Assembly (NCBI GenBank): GCA_039934415.1
Contig: JBDTME010000003.1
Span: 11,821 to 75,820, forward strand
DNA length: 64,000 nucleotides
Source of the DNA: Patescibacteria group bacterium
GTDB taxonomy: Bacteria > Patescibacteriota > Microgenomatia > UBA1400 > PJMF01
Direction: 5' to 3'
How positions within the stretch are numbered: position 1 is the stretch's first letter; the number at the start of each line of letters is the position of its first letter. This document shows positions 37,760 through 48,212 of the stretch, in pieces. Both the position numbers and the translations under genes were made by a program. Under the pieces are notes generated by a model that was given only the letters and a program-made list of their open reading frames with translations, was not told where the DNA came from and did not search any database.

Positions 37760-38001
37760 AACAATTTTATTTTTCTGAGTTTGAAATTGCTTGAAAATAC
37801 TTTGTTACACAAAATGTTACACATTTTCATTTAGCCCAATTTGAAGATAGGAAAAAAAGACTGTCTAGATTTTTAATCAGCAGAATTGTCAGAAAAACTC
37901 AATCTAATCTTTCGATAAATAATCCTTCGTACTCTTAAAATCTCAAAAGACCAAGTTTATCGGTAGTGTATTGAATTTCCTTTGTTATAATTTGGTGAAT
38001 T

Positions 38002-38418
38002 ATGCTCAAGGATCTCAGTATTACTAATATCATTACCGATTTGGAACGAGGCCAGTTTCTTCCGAGGGAATTAGAGCAACGGTTGATCGGATCGCAAGAT
38101 ACAGCGGATGCTTGGCAGATTGTGAATTTGATATATTTTATCTGTGATGCTCAGAGATTTTCGCCCCAAGATGATTCATTTGAAAAATGGAATGCTAATG
38201 ATTTAGCGAATATTGCAAAAGAGTTGTTGAGGAGACGATTAGAAGATTTGTTGAGAAACCCAAACGGAGCGGGTATAGAGCAGTCAACATTACTCCAGAC
38301 GGTGGACTCATCTCAATCGCAAGAAATAACTAACTTGCTACAAGGTGAAAAGCCTCTCGGTCTTCATGCTGATTTGAAAAAAATACTCGACTCAAGGGAA
38401 CAATCAAGACAGCTTTAA
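38002..38418 (+). CDS. Hypothetical protein
   Basis: 138-aa ORF convergent with the VirD4-like ATPase gene. No motif recognised. Confidence 0.45.
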   Translation: MLKDLSITNIITDLERGQFLPRELEQRLIGSQDTADAWQIVNLIYFICDAQRFSPQDDSFEKWNANDLANIAKELLRRRLEDLLRNPNGAGIEQSTLLQTVDSSQSQEITNLLQGEKPLGLHADLKKILDSREQSRQL

Positions 38419-38448
38419 TCACTTCATCATGAGCAGCTTCAGCAGACC

Positions 38449-40683
38449 TCAGACTGATTCTTCAGTTTGTTTCGGTGGTTCTACGTACTCTTCTTTTGGC
38501 ATAGCAGGTGGTTTGTCATAGGTTGCTTCGTTTTTCTTGGCATATCTTTCTCTGGAAACTTTCAATACTTTTTGTTTATTCATGTTACTGCTCTTGGCGA
38601 GGCCGAGCGTAATGGCAGGGAATGGTTGGCTCAATCGATTGTCGATGCTGAGTTTAATGATGATTTGATAGCGAGCGAGCGAGACGAGGTCTTCAGCGGT
38701 GTATTTGTTACCGAACTCTTTGGTCATCCAATCTGAGTCTGAAGCGCCCAAGATAAAACTGGCAATGCTTCCGACATTTCCAAAAATAGCGGACTTGATC
38801 TCGTCAGGGATTTGATCGATGTATTGATTAGCCAGTGTCAGACTCAATCGATATTTACGCGCCTCAGACAGAATTTTTATAAAACTTGTCGTGGCGAAGT
38901 TTTGGAACTCATCAATGTACAGGAAAAAGTCGCGACGTTTTTCTTCTTCAATATAGACTCGATTCATGGCAGCCAACTGGATTTTAGTAATCAACATGGC
39001 CCCGATCAGCGCAGTGTTATCTTCACCTAGTTTTCCTTGCGACAAATTGACTAACAAAATCTTGCCTTCATCCATAATCTCTTCAATACTAAACGAGCTT
39101 TTTTGCGTATTCACCACATTGCGGACGAGAGGAGAGGTCACGAACTGTCCCACTTTGTTCAGGATTGGCGAAATAGCTTCATTACGTTGTTTATCTTGCA
39201 TGGTGTTAAACTCTGCCACCCAGAAATTTTTCAATACCGGATCTTCAAGTTCATCGACAACGCGCTTGCGATACTTCACATCAGTCAGCATGCGTAAAAT
39301 GTCATCTAGCTTTGCGTTCTGAGACAACAGCGTTAGTAATGTATTACGCAAAATATATTCCAGTCTTGGCCCCCAAGAGTTGGCATACAACTTTTGAAAA
39401 ATAGCCACAATTCCTGACGCAATCAGTTCTCGATGGACGATATTTCCACCTTCAAATAAATTCAGTTTGACGACAGCTTCTGTATCGGTCGGATCAAACA
39501 CTATCACATCGTTAATCCGATGCTTTGGGACGTAGTTCAAAACCGTTTCGATCAGATCTCCGTGTGGATCGATCACGGCCACACCTTTATTGTGCTTCAA
39601 ATCATTGATGACCATGTTCGCGAGGAGTGTCGATTTACCGGTGCCACTTTTTCCAATCACGTACATGTGGCGGCGACGGTCAACATCCTTTATCCCGAAA
39701 ATGCGTTGTTGGTTTTTGTACTCAGCTTTAGCAAAAAGATTGACGTTGTCTCGCTCTTCTTCGGGAATATTTTCAAAAAAAGGCAAGTCTTCTGGTGGTT
39801 CACCGAGCAAGTTCTTGCCCCAAGCGATATTTTTAATCGTGGAGAGCTGTTTATTCGGCAAGTGAAACATGGTGGCGAGCTCTGACAACGAGAAGTATTG
39901 ATTGGGGAGTTTGGTAAATGAACGGGTCAGGATTTTTTTGATAAGAGAGTACTTAGCAATCAAAGGTTTTCTGAGCTCCATGCGAGTCAATGAAGAGTCG
40001 AAGGAGTGAAATGCTTGGCCAACAGATTGGAGCAACATCTCAGCACGAGTAGAATCCACACTCTGGACCAACACGCGAATATTAGTTTGAAATCCAGTTT
40101 CCAGTACTTTTTTCTCGATATCGCTTTTTTGGGGGTGGGGCTTATACGTTCCATCTGTTTGTTTGACTCCAAGTTGAACATATTTTTCTGCCTGGTTCTT
40201 CCAGTGATTTCTAGCTTTCCGAACAGTGAACTGAATCAATATCGTGTCACCAGGCATCGTTTTACTTAATGTCGATAATACAGTAGACAGTGGGTCGGTC
40301 TCGGAAAAATCCTGATATGTTTTGAGAGAAAAGTAATGACTGCCCGTTTGTTTGAGAGTGGCAGCTGATTGCGGTGGAGTGGGGTCTTGGCGAAACTCGA
40401 TAAAAGGGTCATGTTCGAGCTCTTTGATCAAAATTTCAGGGTAAGCTGCAGTCAACTGACCTTTTGCATACTCGACCATGGATTCAGGAACCGTTACGAA
40501 GAAAAAAGTCACTTGGCCTTGATTGAGGATTTCAAATGTGAGGACAGGTGCGTGTTTCCAAAAGTGGAAGAGCCCAGATGGAGGGTTGGGCAGGGTAGTG
40601 AAAAACTGAGCAGCAGCCGCAGGCGTATGTTCTGCATCACGAGCAGTCCTCAGCTCTAGAGTCACCCGGCGTTCAGTAGACAT
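38449..40683 (-). CDS. Soluble P-loop ATPase of the VirD4/TraG/TraD coupling-protein / HerA-DUF87 superfamily with an about 330-aa N-terminal domain
   Basis: Walker A VIGKSGTGKSTLL; DPHGDL shortly downstream, typical of TraD/VirD4/HerA; Walker B FFLYIDEFQNF; a LANQ-type motif as in the TraG-D C-terminal domain. No N-terminal TM helices, unlike canonical coupling proteins. Confidence 0.7.
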   Translation of the reverse strand: MSTERRVTLELRTARDAEHTPAAAAQFFTTLPNPPSGLFHFWKHAPVLTFEILNQGQVTFFFVTVPESMVEYAKGQLTAAYPEILIKELEHDPFIEFRQDPTPPQSAATLKQTGSHYFSLKTYQDFSETDPLSTVLSTLSKTMPGDTILIQFTVRKARNHWKNQAEKYVQLGVKQTDGTYKPHPQKSDIEKKVLETGFQTNIRVLVQSVDSTRAEMLLQSVGQAFHSFDSSLTRMELRKPLIAKYSLIKKILTRSFTKLPNQYFSLSELATMFHLPNKQLSTIKNIAWGKNLLGEPPEDLPFFENIPEEERDNVNLFAKAEYKNQQRIFGIKDVDRRRHMYVIGKSGTGKSTLLANMVINDLKHNKGVAVIDPHGDLIETVLNYVPKHRINDVIVFDPTDTEAVVKLNLFEGGNIVHRELIASGIVAIFQKLYANSWGPRLEYILRNTLLTLLSQNAKLDDILRMLTDVKYRKRVVDELEDPVLKNFWVAEFNTMQDKQRNEAISPILNKVGQFVTSPLVRNVVNTQKSSFSIEEIMDEGKILLVNLSQGKLGEDNTALIGAMLITKIQLAAMNRVYIEEEKRRDFFLYIDEFQNFATTSFIKILSEARKYRLSLTLANQYIDQIPDEIKSAIFGNVGSIASFILGASDSDWMTKEFGNKYTAEDLVSLARYQIIIKLSIDNRLSQPFPAITLGLAKSSNMNKQKVLKVSRERYAKKNEATYDKPPAMPKEEYVEPPKQTEESV

Positions 40684-40727
40684 AGTGCAAGTATAGCAGG
40701 ATCAACTGGGATCGAGCCAGAGGGTGA

Positions 40728-41084
40728 TCAAGCTTTATTTTCTAATTCTTTGACTACAGTTTGGATGTCATCATGAAGCTTGGGTATATCCTTATAAAGA
40801 GTATTCCAAATTCTTTCTAGATTAATACTATCGTAATCATGAGAAATCAGATGTCTTAAACCGGCAATTTGAGTCCAAGGTATATATGAATATTTCTTTT
40901 TCAGAGCTTGATCAAGTTTATTTGATGATTCTCCAATAATTTGTAATCTCATCAGAATTGCATCCTGGGTTTTTATATCGTCCACAAATTGTGTAAATGA
41001 CATATGAGCAATATGATTTTGAATTTTTTGTATTGACTCTAGAATGTCATCTAAATAGAGCAGGGGGTCACGCAATGAAAACAT
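40728..41084 (-). CDS. hepT: HepT-like (DUF86) HEPN RNase toxin
   Basis: R-x4-H-x-Y motif in GLRHLISHDYDSI. 118 aa. Immediately downstream of the MntA-like gene. Confidence 0.8.
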   Translation of the reverse strand: MFSLRDPLLYLDDILESIQKIQNHIAHMSFTQFVDDIKTQDAILMRLQIIGESSNKLDQALKKKYSYIPWTQIAGLRHLISHDYDSINLERIWNTLYKDIPKLHDDIQTVVKELENKA

Positions 41085-41088
41085 AAAA

Positions 41089-41637
41089 TTATAGAATTGG
41101 TTGTACTTGTTGTAAAACTCGATCTCGAATTCGAGGTTTTAAATATTTATATTCAACTAAATCAACAGGGCGTTTCAATTTTTCTTCGAGTTCATTCTTA
41201 AGCTGAAAATGATCAAAAAGGCTAGTACCTGGTGGTGGCTCATAAAGCAAATCAACATCACTTTCTGAGCTAAAGTCATTTGTAGTGGCAGAACCAAAAA
41301 TGCCTGCTTTTTTAACATTATGTTTTTTCAGAATTGGCAGAATTTTTTTTTGAAGTTTTCGTAGGAGAACTCTTACAGGATCATCATAAAGAATCTCGTC
41401 ATCTGTTAGCTCATCAAAATATGTTGGACCTGTATATACATTTTTCTCTCCTAGCTGAGAAAAATCGAAAGATTTTGGTTGTTTTCTTAACTCTTTCTTG
41501 AATATCTTTGCCTTTTTTTTGATTTTAGTCCCTAAATAATCTCTAATGACTTGAGCCATGGGCATGCCGTCTCGGACGGAAACTGCCTTGAGGTCGTCAT
41601 ACATTTCATCTGGGAGTTTGATTGGTAAGACTTTCAT
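41089..41637 (-). CDS. mntA: MntA-like minimal nucleotidyltransferase antitoxin with an N-terminal ribbon-helix-helix extension
   Basis: GIFGSATTNDFSSESDVDLLYE fits the GS-x9-D-x-D nucleotidyltransferase motif. The N-terminal MKVLPIKLPDEMYDDLKAVSVRDGMPMAQVIRDYL is RHH/CopG-like. It is separated by 4 nt from hepT. Confidence 0.8.
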   Translation of the reverse strand: MKVLPIKLPDEMYDDLKAVSVRDGMPMAQVIRDYLGTKIKKKAKIFKKELRKQPKSFDFSQLGEKNVYTGPTYFDELTDDEILYDDPVRVLLRKLQKKILPILKKHNVKKAGIFGSATTNDFSSESDVDLLYEPPPGTSLFDHFQLKNELEEKLKRPVDLVEYKYLKPRIRDRVLQQVQPIL

Positions 41638-41756
41638 ATGTGTATATACACTTTAACAAATTTCGTATATACGGTCAAGACTGACGTCTTGATTGATGTA
41701 GAAGAGTATATCTAACCTGGTAAAAACGTCAATTTTATCTTGATTTTTCGAGGAAA

Positions 41757-42737
41757 ATGTCCTATAATATGCGGACTATGGAATTATTGAAGGTGTTGGC
41801 CAATGTCTTGATTGTCCTGGGGGCCTTGATCTGGATCTCGTTACGAGCTATCTGGAATTTGGTCTATTTCGCCTGGGAAGTTATTCGGGACTACACACCA
41901 TTATTTGCCAAGAAAATCAATAAATTCCTCAAGAGAGGATCAACTTCCTCGATCATATTAAGCGAGGATGTATATCCTAATCCAGACAATAAAGTGGTGT
42001 TTGATAGTTCTTGGTTGAAAGAGGCTGCTTCGCAACCGGAATACCTTCTTCCAGACCGAGCCAGGATCAACGCTGAACCATCTTTGCCAGAAAAGCGTGC
42101 CGCTCAGCCGTTGATGTTAGAAATACTTTCTAAGCTGTCATTAGCCGGGATGGTCGTAAGTTTGGCCATTTTGCTCTATATTTTCTTTCCAGATCTCGTC
42201 TACGCCGTCATTCCGATGAAGACCGAACCGATTCAAACTGCAGTCGATCAGTCAGCACTGGGGGGAAAGTTCACTGACGGTAATCTGTACTCAAAAACGA
42301 GCCTCCCCGAGAAAAATGAGTATCTCCCAGAAGGCAATTGGTTAGTGATTCCCAAGATCGACGTGATCACGAACATCAATGAGTCAGCTATCGAGACACA
42401 CGAGTCAGCCTTGAAGAAAGGAGTCTGGAGAGTGCCAGATTTTGCCGACCCGACTCAACAAAAAAAATTCCCAACCATCTTAGTGGCGCATCGATATGGC
42501 TATATTGCCTGGTCTGACCAATTTCGTCGCCAGAACTCTTTCTACCACCTTGATCAACTTGGAGTTGGAGACACTTTTGAAATCATCTGGGACCACCGAC
42601 GATTTCAGTACGAGATCTACGCTGGCGAAGAAGGCCAACAAATCACCGACTACAACGCCGACATCGTCCTTTATACCTGCAAGTACCTAAACTCTCCCGT
42701 CCGGATCTTCCGGTACGCGAGACGAGTGGAGTACTAA
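41757..42737 (+). CDS. Sortase-family transpeptidase with an N-terminal TM anchor
   Basis: LVIPKIDVITNINES...LKKGVWRVPDFADP...TILVAHRYG (catalytic His region) and LYTCKY (the TLxTC catalytic Cys motif). Confidence 0.75.
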   Translation: MSYNMRTMELLKVLANVLIVLGALIWISLRAIWNLVYFAWEVIRDYTPLFAKKINKFLKRGSTSSIILSEDVYPNPDNKVVFDSSWLKEAASQPEYLLPDRARINAEPSLPEKRAAQPLMLEILSKLSLAGMVVSLAILLYIFFPDLVYAVIPMKTEPIQTAVDQSALGGKFTDGNLYSKTSLPEKNEYLPEGNWLVIPKIDVITNINESAIETHESALKKGVWRVPDFADPTQQKKFPTILVAHRYGYIAWSDQFRRQNSFYHLDQLGVGDTFEIIWDHRRFQYEIYAGEEGQQITDYNADIVLYTCKYLNSPVRIFRYARRVEY

Positions 42738-42781
42738 AGAGGGTTACCGCTGATTAGGTAGGATTACTATATAATGAATTC

Positions 42782-45700
42782 ATGATGAGTCGAGTTTTTA
42801 AAAAGCATTGGGGAATCTTCTGCCTATTGGTAATTTTGGGCCTCATCATTGTTCGGAATTTCAGTGTTTCAATCGATATTAATGGTTGGGATAATTTTGG
42901 TATCCATCTGGATTTACCACTCAATCTGTTTAGAACTATTTTTTCTTCATGGCGGGAGTATCGAGGATTGGGTGCTCCGAATGATTCAGAAGGGGTAGAC
43001 ATCTTCAGAGTAGTTTTCTTCATTTTCTTATCGCTATTTTTCAAATTAAAAGTCTTGAACATGGTGTACTATTTCTTGCTGTTGGGCACAGGGTGCTTGG
43101 GGATGTTTTTTTTGAGCATGGAGATAGCTAAAGAGAGTAAGCTGAAACTTTTTCAACGACATTTCTATTTGGAGTTAATGGGTTTTTTGGCAGGTTTAAT
43201 GTATTTATTTAGCCTGCACACTATTGGAACTTTCTATTTGCCGATCGTGATGTATGTGGCTCGGTATGCTTTTTTTCCAGTTGTCTTGTTGTTTTTTCTG
43301 AGACTCAGTAAAGGATTGTGGTCCAAGAGTAATGTCTTCTTCTTTTGTATCTTCACTTTGTTTTTAAGCACGAGTTATTTGACCGCTACCGTCTTTTTAA
43401 CTTTCTGTCTCATTTTGATGATGATTGGTGTGTCGCGGTTGCGGTTGTTCAAGTCTTTTTTTCTGACAGGTTTATTATTTATTTTCTTAAATAGTTTTTG
43501 GCTGTTTGGTTTCATCAACTATGCTACGCAAAAATCATCGATCTTGCCGTTGGCTTCGACGTTTATTGAAGTCAACGAAATCCAGCTCAACCAAGCTGAG
43601 AAGAATTTCTCATGGGAAAATATCGTTACTTACAAACCAAGTTTTTTCACCACGACATATCAAGCGCCTGATCGATTGCAGTCATACCTTCATCCATTGG
43701 TGGACCAATTAGCGCAAAGCAATTTTTTAAGAATCCTCATTCTCATCCCAAGTTTTTTGGGGCTGACTGGTCTATTTCTCATTCTTTTTGTGTCTATTTA
43801 TAAAAAGAACATGCAGCTGCTGTGGATAGTGTGCTTAGCTGTCCTCACGCTTATTCTGTTGAGAAGAGAGAACCCTCCCACAGGGTTTATATACGATTTC
43901 TTGGGAGCAAATATTCCTTTTTTCAAGATCATTTTCCGTTTTGGGGCTGAAAAATTTAGTCAGCTCTTGGTCATCAGTCTTTCAACGTCAGCTGCCTTAT
44001 TCATGGTGATGGTGATTTGGAGCATGCAGTTCTTCAAAAAGTATTTGATAAAGAGTGTAGGGAGATTTTTTCAACTCAGTACCATCCTGATTTTTAGTTT
44101 TATTGTCATCTATCCATATGCACCTTTTTGGATGAATTCTGGATTTTTTAGTCCAATAGTGCACGTCAACATTCCAACTCAATATCAACAAGTCTCAGAG
44201 TTACTTGCCAATGATTCAACCGGTAGGGTGTTGCAGTTACCATTTGATCGGTACTCATATTGGAAGTCCTATCAGTGGGGTTACGTTGGTTCCTCCTTTT
44301 TTCACTTTTTCCTTCCGTCTGCGTTGATCGATCGTACATTTGAGCCGGCGAGTGTCGAAAACGATGAGCTTGATCAAACCATTCTCACAACATTACAAAA
44401 TGGGCAGTATTTAGAGCAACCTTATCGCAAACAACGAGCGTTGCAGTTCTATAATTTGTTGGAAAAAACGGACACTCAATTCGTGATGGTTGATGAGTCA
44501 ATAGATAAACAAGTATTGGCTCGTAATTCACAGTACTGGGGTGATTTTAATCTTGAAGATTCCAAAGCAATTGTTCAGGAGGCGGAGCAAGCAGGATTAT
44601 TCATAAAGATTTTTGATGAGCCTTTGTCGGGCAATTTTTCAAATGCTCAGCCTCCACATTTGATTGTGTATAAAACAGTTACCAGTCCGAAAATGTTTCA
44701 AGCACATTCGCAAGTTGTCGAGATTGATCCTGCGTTAAAAAATAGCTTCGTCAACTTCATGATGGATAAGGGCCAGGATTATATTCAAGATACGGCTTCG
44801 AAAACTTTTCGAACGTATCCATTTTATCGATATGATAGTCAACTCACTGAAGGGGGACAACACCTCACACTACAAACAAAGTATCAACCCACAGATCCTA
44901 TTTCTCATGTGGGATTTGAGAAAGCAGAGTCAGAGAGCCAGCTTGTTGCTGTGTTCACTGAACGATCTAACGAAGGTCTTCGAGTCAGATTGAAAAGACT
45001 ATCCAACCCCTTAGATTTTCAAAACATTTCCGAGCAATCTCAGTTTAATTTTGACTTTCAGTTGCCTGAAAAAGGTCTGAATTCGGCGGCGACGCAATCG
45101 CTAGACGGAGTAGTTGGGAACTGGGCGATGATCTCTGACGATGTGTTAGCAAATTATCGCTTACAGATCGGCCCACAAGTATTACCCATCCCACAAACAG
45201 CTGGGTATTTGGGAACCGTGTTGCTATCAGATTCAACTTTTACAGTTAATCTTCTAAAGAAGAACGATACTGTTGATTTGAAAACCAACATGGTCGAGAA
45301 AACGGCTGATTTTAATTGTTTTAAAGATAAGACGAGTGGATATCAATCATCTCTGGACTATTTAACTGATCGTATACAGGTGATAACCAAAGAAGGTACG
45401 AGTTGCCTGACTTTCCCTGTAGTGAAGAGTGGAACTCAAGAAGTAAAACATGTGGAAGTCAAATTTACAGCGCAGGCTGAACTCGAAAAAAATATCAACG
45501 AGAAAGTGATTAATTCTGCTTTATTCCAAAGAAAGACATCCCGAGAGACAGATACGTATGTTAAAAGTTTGCCCGAGCGGATGAGTTTGGGGTTATGCTT
45601 TATTGATCCTGATACTGGTCAGTGTTTGAATACGACTCAAGGGATTGAGATTAACACACAGAGAGAAGTATGGGCACCACTGGAAAAATCAGTTCAGCGA

Positions 45701-46858
45701 GAAAGTGATGTCCAAGTTCTATTTACACTGCCATCTTTTAATAAGGATTTTTCTCATTTTGAGTTAAGCCAGATCCAAACAGATGTCTTTGGATCAGTGG
45801 GTACTTCAGGTGAGTTAACGTTGAATCAAACCAACGGTGGTGATTCTTTACCATTTGAAGCCATCGATCGTATTGATATTCCATACGTTTTTTCTGACTC
45901 TGCATTTTTCATGAATTCAGAGCGGCAGCAAATGGTTGAAAGTTTCACTCGGGGATGCGAAAAGGAAACGGGTTACCGGACGGTGAGAACTTTTGACGAG
46001 ACTCGTTCGATTGGGTATGTTTCAGATTGTCAGCAAGGGTTTTACACTTTTGTTCCATTTAATCCGCAGCATCTCTATGTGTGGACGGCGCAGTACATGG
46101 TTTACTCGGGTAAAGATCCGAAATTTTTATTGGAACAAAAAGGACGATATAAAGATGAATATTTGTCTCGATACTCACTCTTCCCAAACATTCCTGGTTT
46201 CAGAACACTTCAACGGTCAGATGCCTTTCTGGGTGGTGAGACTGAGGATGCTGTCAACTCGATCAAGCAACTTTTTACAATCACACCTACTCATGAAGTG
46301 TTTACGACGGTTCCGCCACAACTAGGTGTTGAAAATGAGAAGAATATTATTCCATTTCAAATCACCCAACATTCAGAGAATCAGGGTCTTTTGGAGATAG
46401 CAAAGATGAATGTGATGGCATTACCAGGATCTTGGGATAGTTTCTTTGTTGATTTTGGGAACGTTACTCATTCATATGTGCCGGTCCAAATTACTGCTAG
46501 TCAGAGGGTGTTGCCATCTTTATGGAAAATGGATTTCTTGTTTCCTCAGAGTGATGAGAAAACGCAGTCGTTAATAGAGTTTGGTCAGGCTTTTGATACT
46601 CAGTGGGGGATCTATCGAGGGAACTCATTTCTCAGTGCGTTGTTGTTTGGTCGTGTAGATGCAAGGCATGTCAAAGTGAATGGGTGGAGTAATGGCTGGG
46701 TTTTGAATCCTGACATAGAAACACATGGCGCTTCGCAGCATTTTTATGTGTTTTATTGGCCTGAATTACTGTCTTGGTTGGGGTGGAGTGTGACGAGTAG
46801 CGTCTTTGTTGGTGTCTTAATTTCTATGTTCAAGAAAAGAAAACATGTTCACAAATAA
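42782..46858 (+). CDS. Large (1358 aa) polytopic membrane protein: about 470-aa N-terminal multi-TM domain (GT-C / YfhO / AftD-like, putative glycosyltransferase) followed by a large extracytoplasmic domain
   Basis: At least 12 hydrophobic helices in the first 470 aa, then a soluble domain. Assignment to a GT-C-like family rests on architecture only. Confidence 0.6.
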   Translation: MMSRVFKKHWGIFCLLVILGLIIVRNFSVSIDINGWDNFGIHLDLPLNLFRTIFSSWREYRGLGAPNDSEGVDIFRVVFFIFLSLFFKLKVLNMVYYFLLLGTGCLGMFFLSMEIAKESKLKLFQRHFYLELMGFLAGLMYLFSLHTIGTFYLPIVMYVARYAFFPVVLLFFLRLSKGLWSKSNVFFFCIFTLFLSTSYLTATVFLTFCLILMMIGVSRLRLFKSFFLTGLLFIFLNSFWLFGFINYATQKSSILPLASTFIEVNEIQLNQAEKNFSWENIVTYKPSFFTTTYQAPDRLQSYLHPLVDQLAQSNFLRILILIPSFLGLTGLFLILFVSIYKKNMQLLWIVCLAVLTLILLRRENPPTGFIYDFLGANIPFFKIIFRFGAEKFSQLLVISLSTSAALFMVMVIWSMQFFKKYLIKSVGRFFQLSTILIFSFIVIYPYAPFWMNSGFFSPIVHVNIPTQYQQVSELLANDSTGRVLQLPFDRYSYWKSYQWGYVGSSFFHFFLPSALIDRTFEPASVENDELDQTILTTLQNGQYLEQPYRKQRALQFYNLLEKTDTQFVMVDESIDKQVLARNSQYWGDFNLEDSKAIVQEAEQAGLFIKIFDEPLSGNFSNAQPPHLIVYKTVTSPKMFQAHSQVVEIDPALKNSFVNFMMDKGQDYIQDTASKTFRTYPFYRYDSQLTEGGQHLTLQTKYQPTDPISHVGFEKAESESQLVAVFTERSNEGLRVRLKRLSNPLDFQNISEQSQFNFDFQLPEKGLNSAATQSLDGVVGNWAMISDDVLANYRLQIGPQVLPIPQTAGYLGTVLLSDSTFTVNLLKKNDTVDLKTNMVEKTADFNCFKDKTSGYQSSLDYLTDRIQVITKEGTSCLTFPVVKSGTQEVKHVEVKFTAQAELEKNINEKVINSALFQRKTSRETDTYVKSLPERMSLGLCFIDPDTGQCLNTTQGIEINTQREVWAPLEKSVQRESDVQVLFTLPSFNKDFSHFELSQIQTDVFGSVGTSGELTLNQTNGGDSLPFEAIDRIDIPYVFSDSAFFMNSERQQMVESFTRGCEKETGYRTVRTFDETRSIGYVSDCQQGFYTFVPFNPQHLYVWTAQYMVYSGKDPKFLLEQKGRYKDEYLSRYSLFPNIPGFRTLQRSDAFLGGETEDAVNSIKQLFTITPTHEVFTTVPPQLGVENEKNIIPFQITQHSENQGLLEIAKMNVMALPGSWDSFFVDFGNVTHSYVPVQITASQRVLPSLWKMDFLFPQSDEKTQSLIEFGQAFDTQWGIYRGNSFLSALLFGRVDARHVKVNGWSNGWVLNPDIETHGASQHFYVFYWPELLSWLGWSVTSSVFVGVLISMFKKRKHVHK

Positions 46859-46864
46859 GTGTGT

Positions 46865-47821
46865 TTACTTCTCGAAGGAAAAGACGGGGCGTTGAAACTG
46901 TGTCAGGCTGCTGATGAGCCGTTTCCAGTCATTTAACAAGCGTAGTAAAGGTGTTTGGACGTGACGAATCACTCGATAGACCCACCAGTTGAATTGTGCT
47001 GGAAAGAGGTACCCCGCTGTTAGCTCAGCAATCCAGAACACTCGATCACCGAAACTAGGTGCTTGAATGCACTCGGCAGCCCATTGATGGACGGCCCAGG
47101 TTTTTTTCATTTGTCTGGAGTGGCTTTTGATAGATCCACAATCACTATGCCATCGGACTTGAGTCAGTACGGTTTGTAAATTGGCCATTTTTCCAAGCAT
47201 TCCGAGTTGATACCACATGTGGACGTCATCAGCTGGCCAAAAATATTGACTGTAGCCATCGGTTTGAAGCCAAGCATCTTTTCGGTACATGACAGTAGGG
47301 TCGGAATAAGGACTGAGGATCATCCATTGGTCACGGATTTGAGAGTCAGTTTTAGGGAATTTAATGACGTCGTACTGAGGATTGTCTTGGGTGAATAACT
47401 TGATCGCGCCTCCCACAATGACGTACTCTTGGCGACTTTCTAGAAATTTCACTTGTTTTTCGAGTCGGTCTTTGACCATGATGTCATCTTGATTGAGACG
47501 AGCAATATACTTGCCGCGTGCTTTTTTGACACCAAAATTGAGACATCGGGTCATGCCTTTATTTTTGCGAAATCCATAAAAAGAAATGTGTTTATATTTC
47601 TTTGAATATCCGAGACATTTTTTGCGACTTTGATCGCTACTACCGTCATCGACCAAAATAATCTCCACTTTTTTGTAAGTAGAGTTGAGGACCGATTCGA
47701 TCGCCTGATCCAAGTACTCGGTTCCGTTGTAAACCGGAATCAGTACCGAAACGAGTGGAGATTTAATAAGAGAGTTACTCATAGCTGATGAGATTATTCT
47801 TGTGGGATAGTATTCAGACAA
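46865..47821 (-). CDS. Family 2 glycosyltransferase
   Basis: VSVLIPVYNGTEYLDQAIESVLNSTYKKVEIILVDDGSSD is the canonical GT2 N-terminal DxD-region signature. Convergent with the large membrane protein. Confidence 0.85.
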   Translation of the reverse strand: MSEYYPTRIISSAMSNSLIKSPLVSVLIPVYNGTEYLDQAIESVLNSTYKKVEIILVDDGSSDQSRKKCLGYSKKYKHISFYGFRKNKGMTRCLNFGVKKARGKYIARLNQDDIMVKDRLEKQVKFLESRQEYVIVGGAIKLFTQDNPQYDVIKFPKTDSQIRDQWMILSPYSDPTVMYRKDAWLQTDGYSQYFWPADDVHMWYQLGMLGKMANLQTVLTQVRWHSDCGSIKSHSRQMKKTWAVHQWAAECIQAPSFGDRVFWIAELTAGYLFPAQFNWWVYRVIRHVQTPLLRLLNDWKRLISSLTQFQRPVFSFEK

Positions 47822-48066
47822 GAGTTATAAAAACGATCATTTGGCTCTTCTGTCGTGCGCTCCCAGTTTGCAGATTTTTCTGTATAAGTCGACTTACTAA
47901 CCTGAGCACAACCGAACACTCTTTGTTGTTTTTGAGAGACTTGTTGCATTTTAAAGTATTGACCCAAATTAGTTTGGATCAAAAATAACACCGCCAGAAC
48001 AACCCCAGCCCACACCAAAGTGCTGATGAGCTGAACAATAGAAGCTAGTGTCGTGTTCTGTTTCAT
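47794..48066 (-). CDS. Small hypothetical membrane protein (start placed at the internal MKQNTT; overlaps the annotated GT2 start)
   Basis: ORF with one TM helix (LISTLVWAGVVLAVLFLI). Weak support. Confidence 0.3.
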   Translation of the reverse strand: MKQNTTLASIVQLISTLVWAGVVLAVLFLIQTNLGQYFKMQQVSQKQQRVFGCAQVSKSTYTEKSANWERTTEEPNDRFYNSCLNTIPQE

Positions 48067-48212
48067 AATGAATTCGTAATAAAAAGTGACGCTCTTCAAT
48101 CTTTGATCTATTAAAAGATCCAAAACTCAAGAGCGTGCCCGCTCCCGGTCCTTTTGAAGGACTGAGGGAGCGGACAGACAAGGTAATACAGGAAAAAAAT
48201 GGAGCAACGGGG

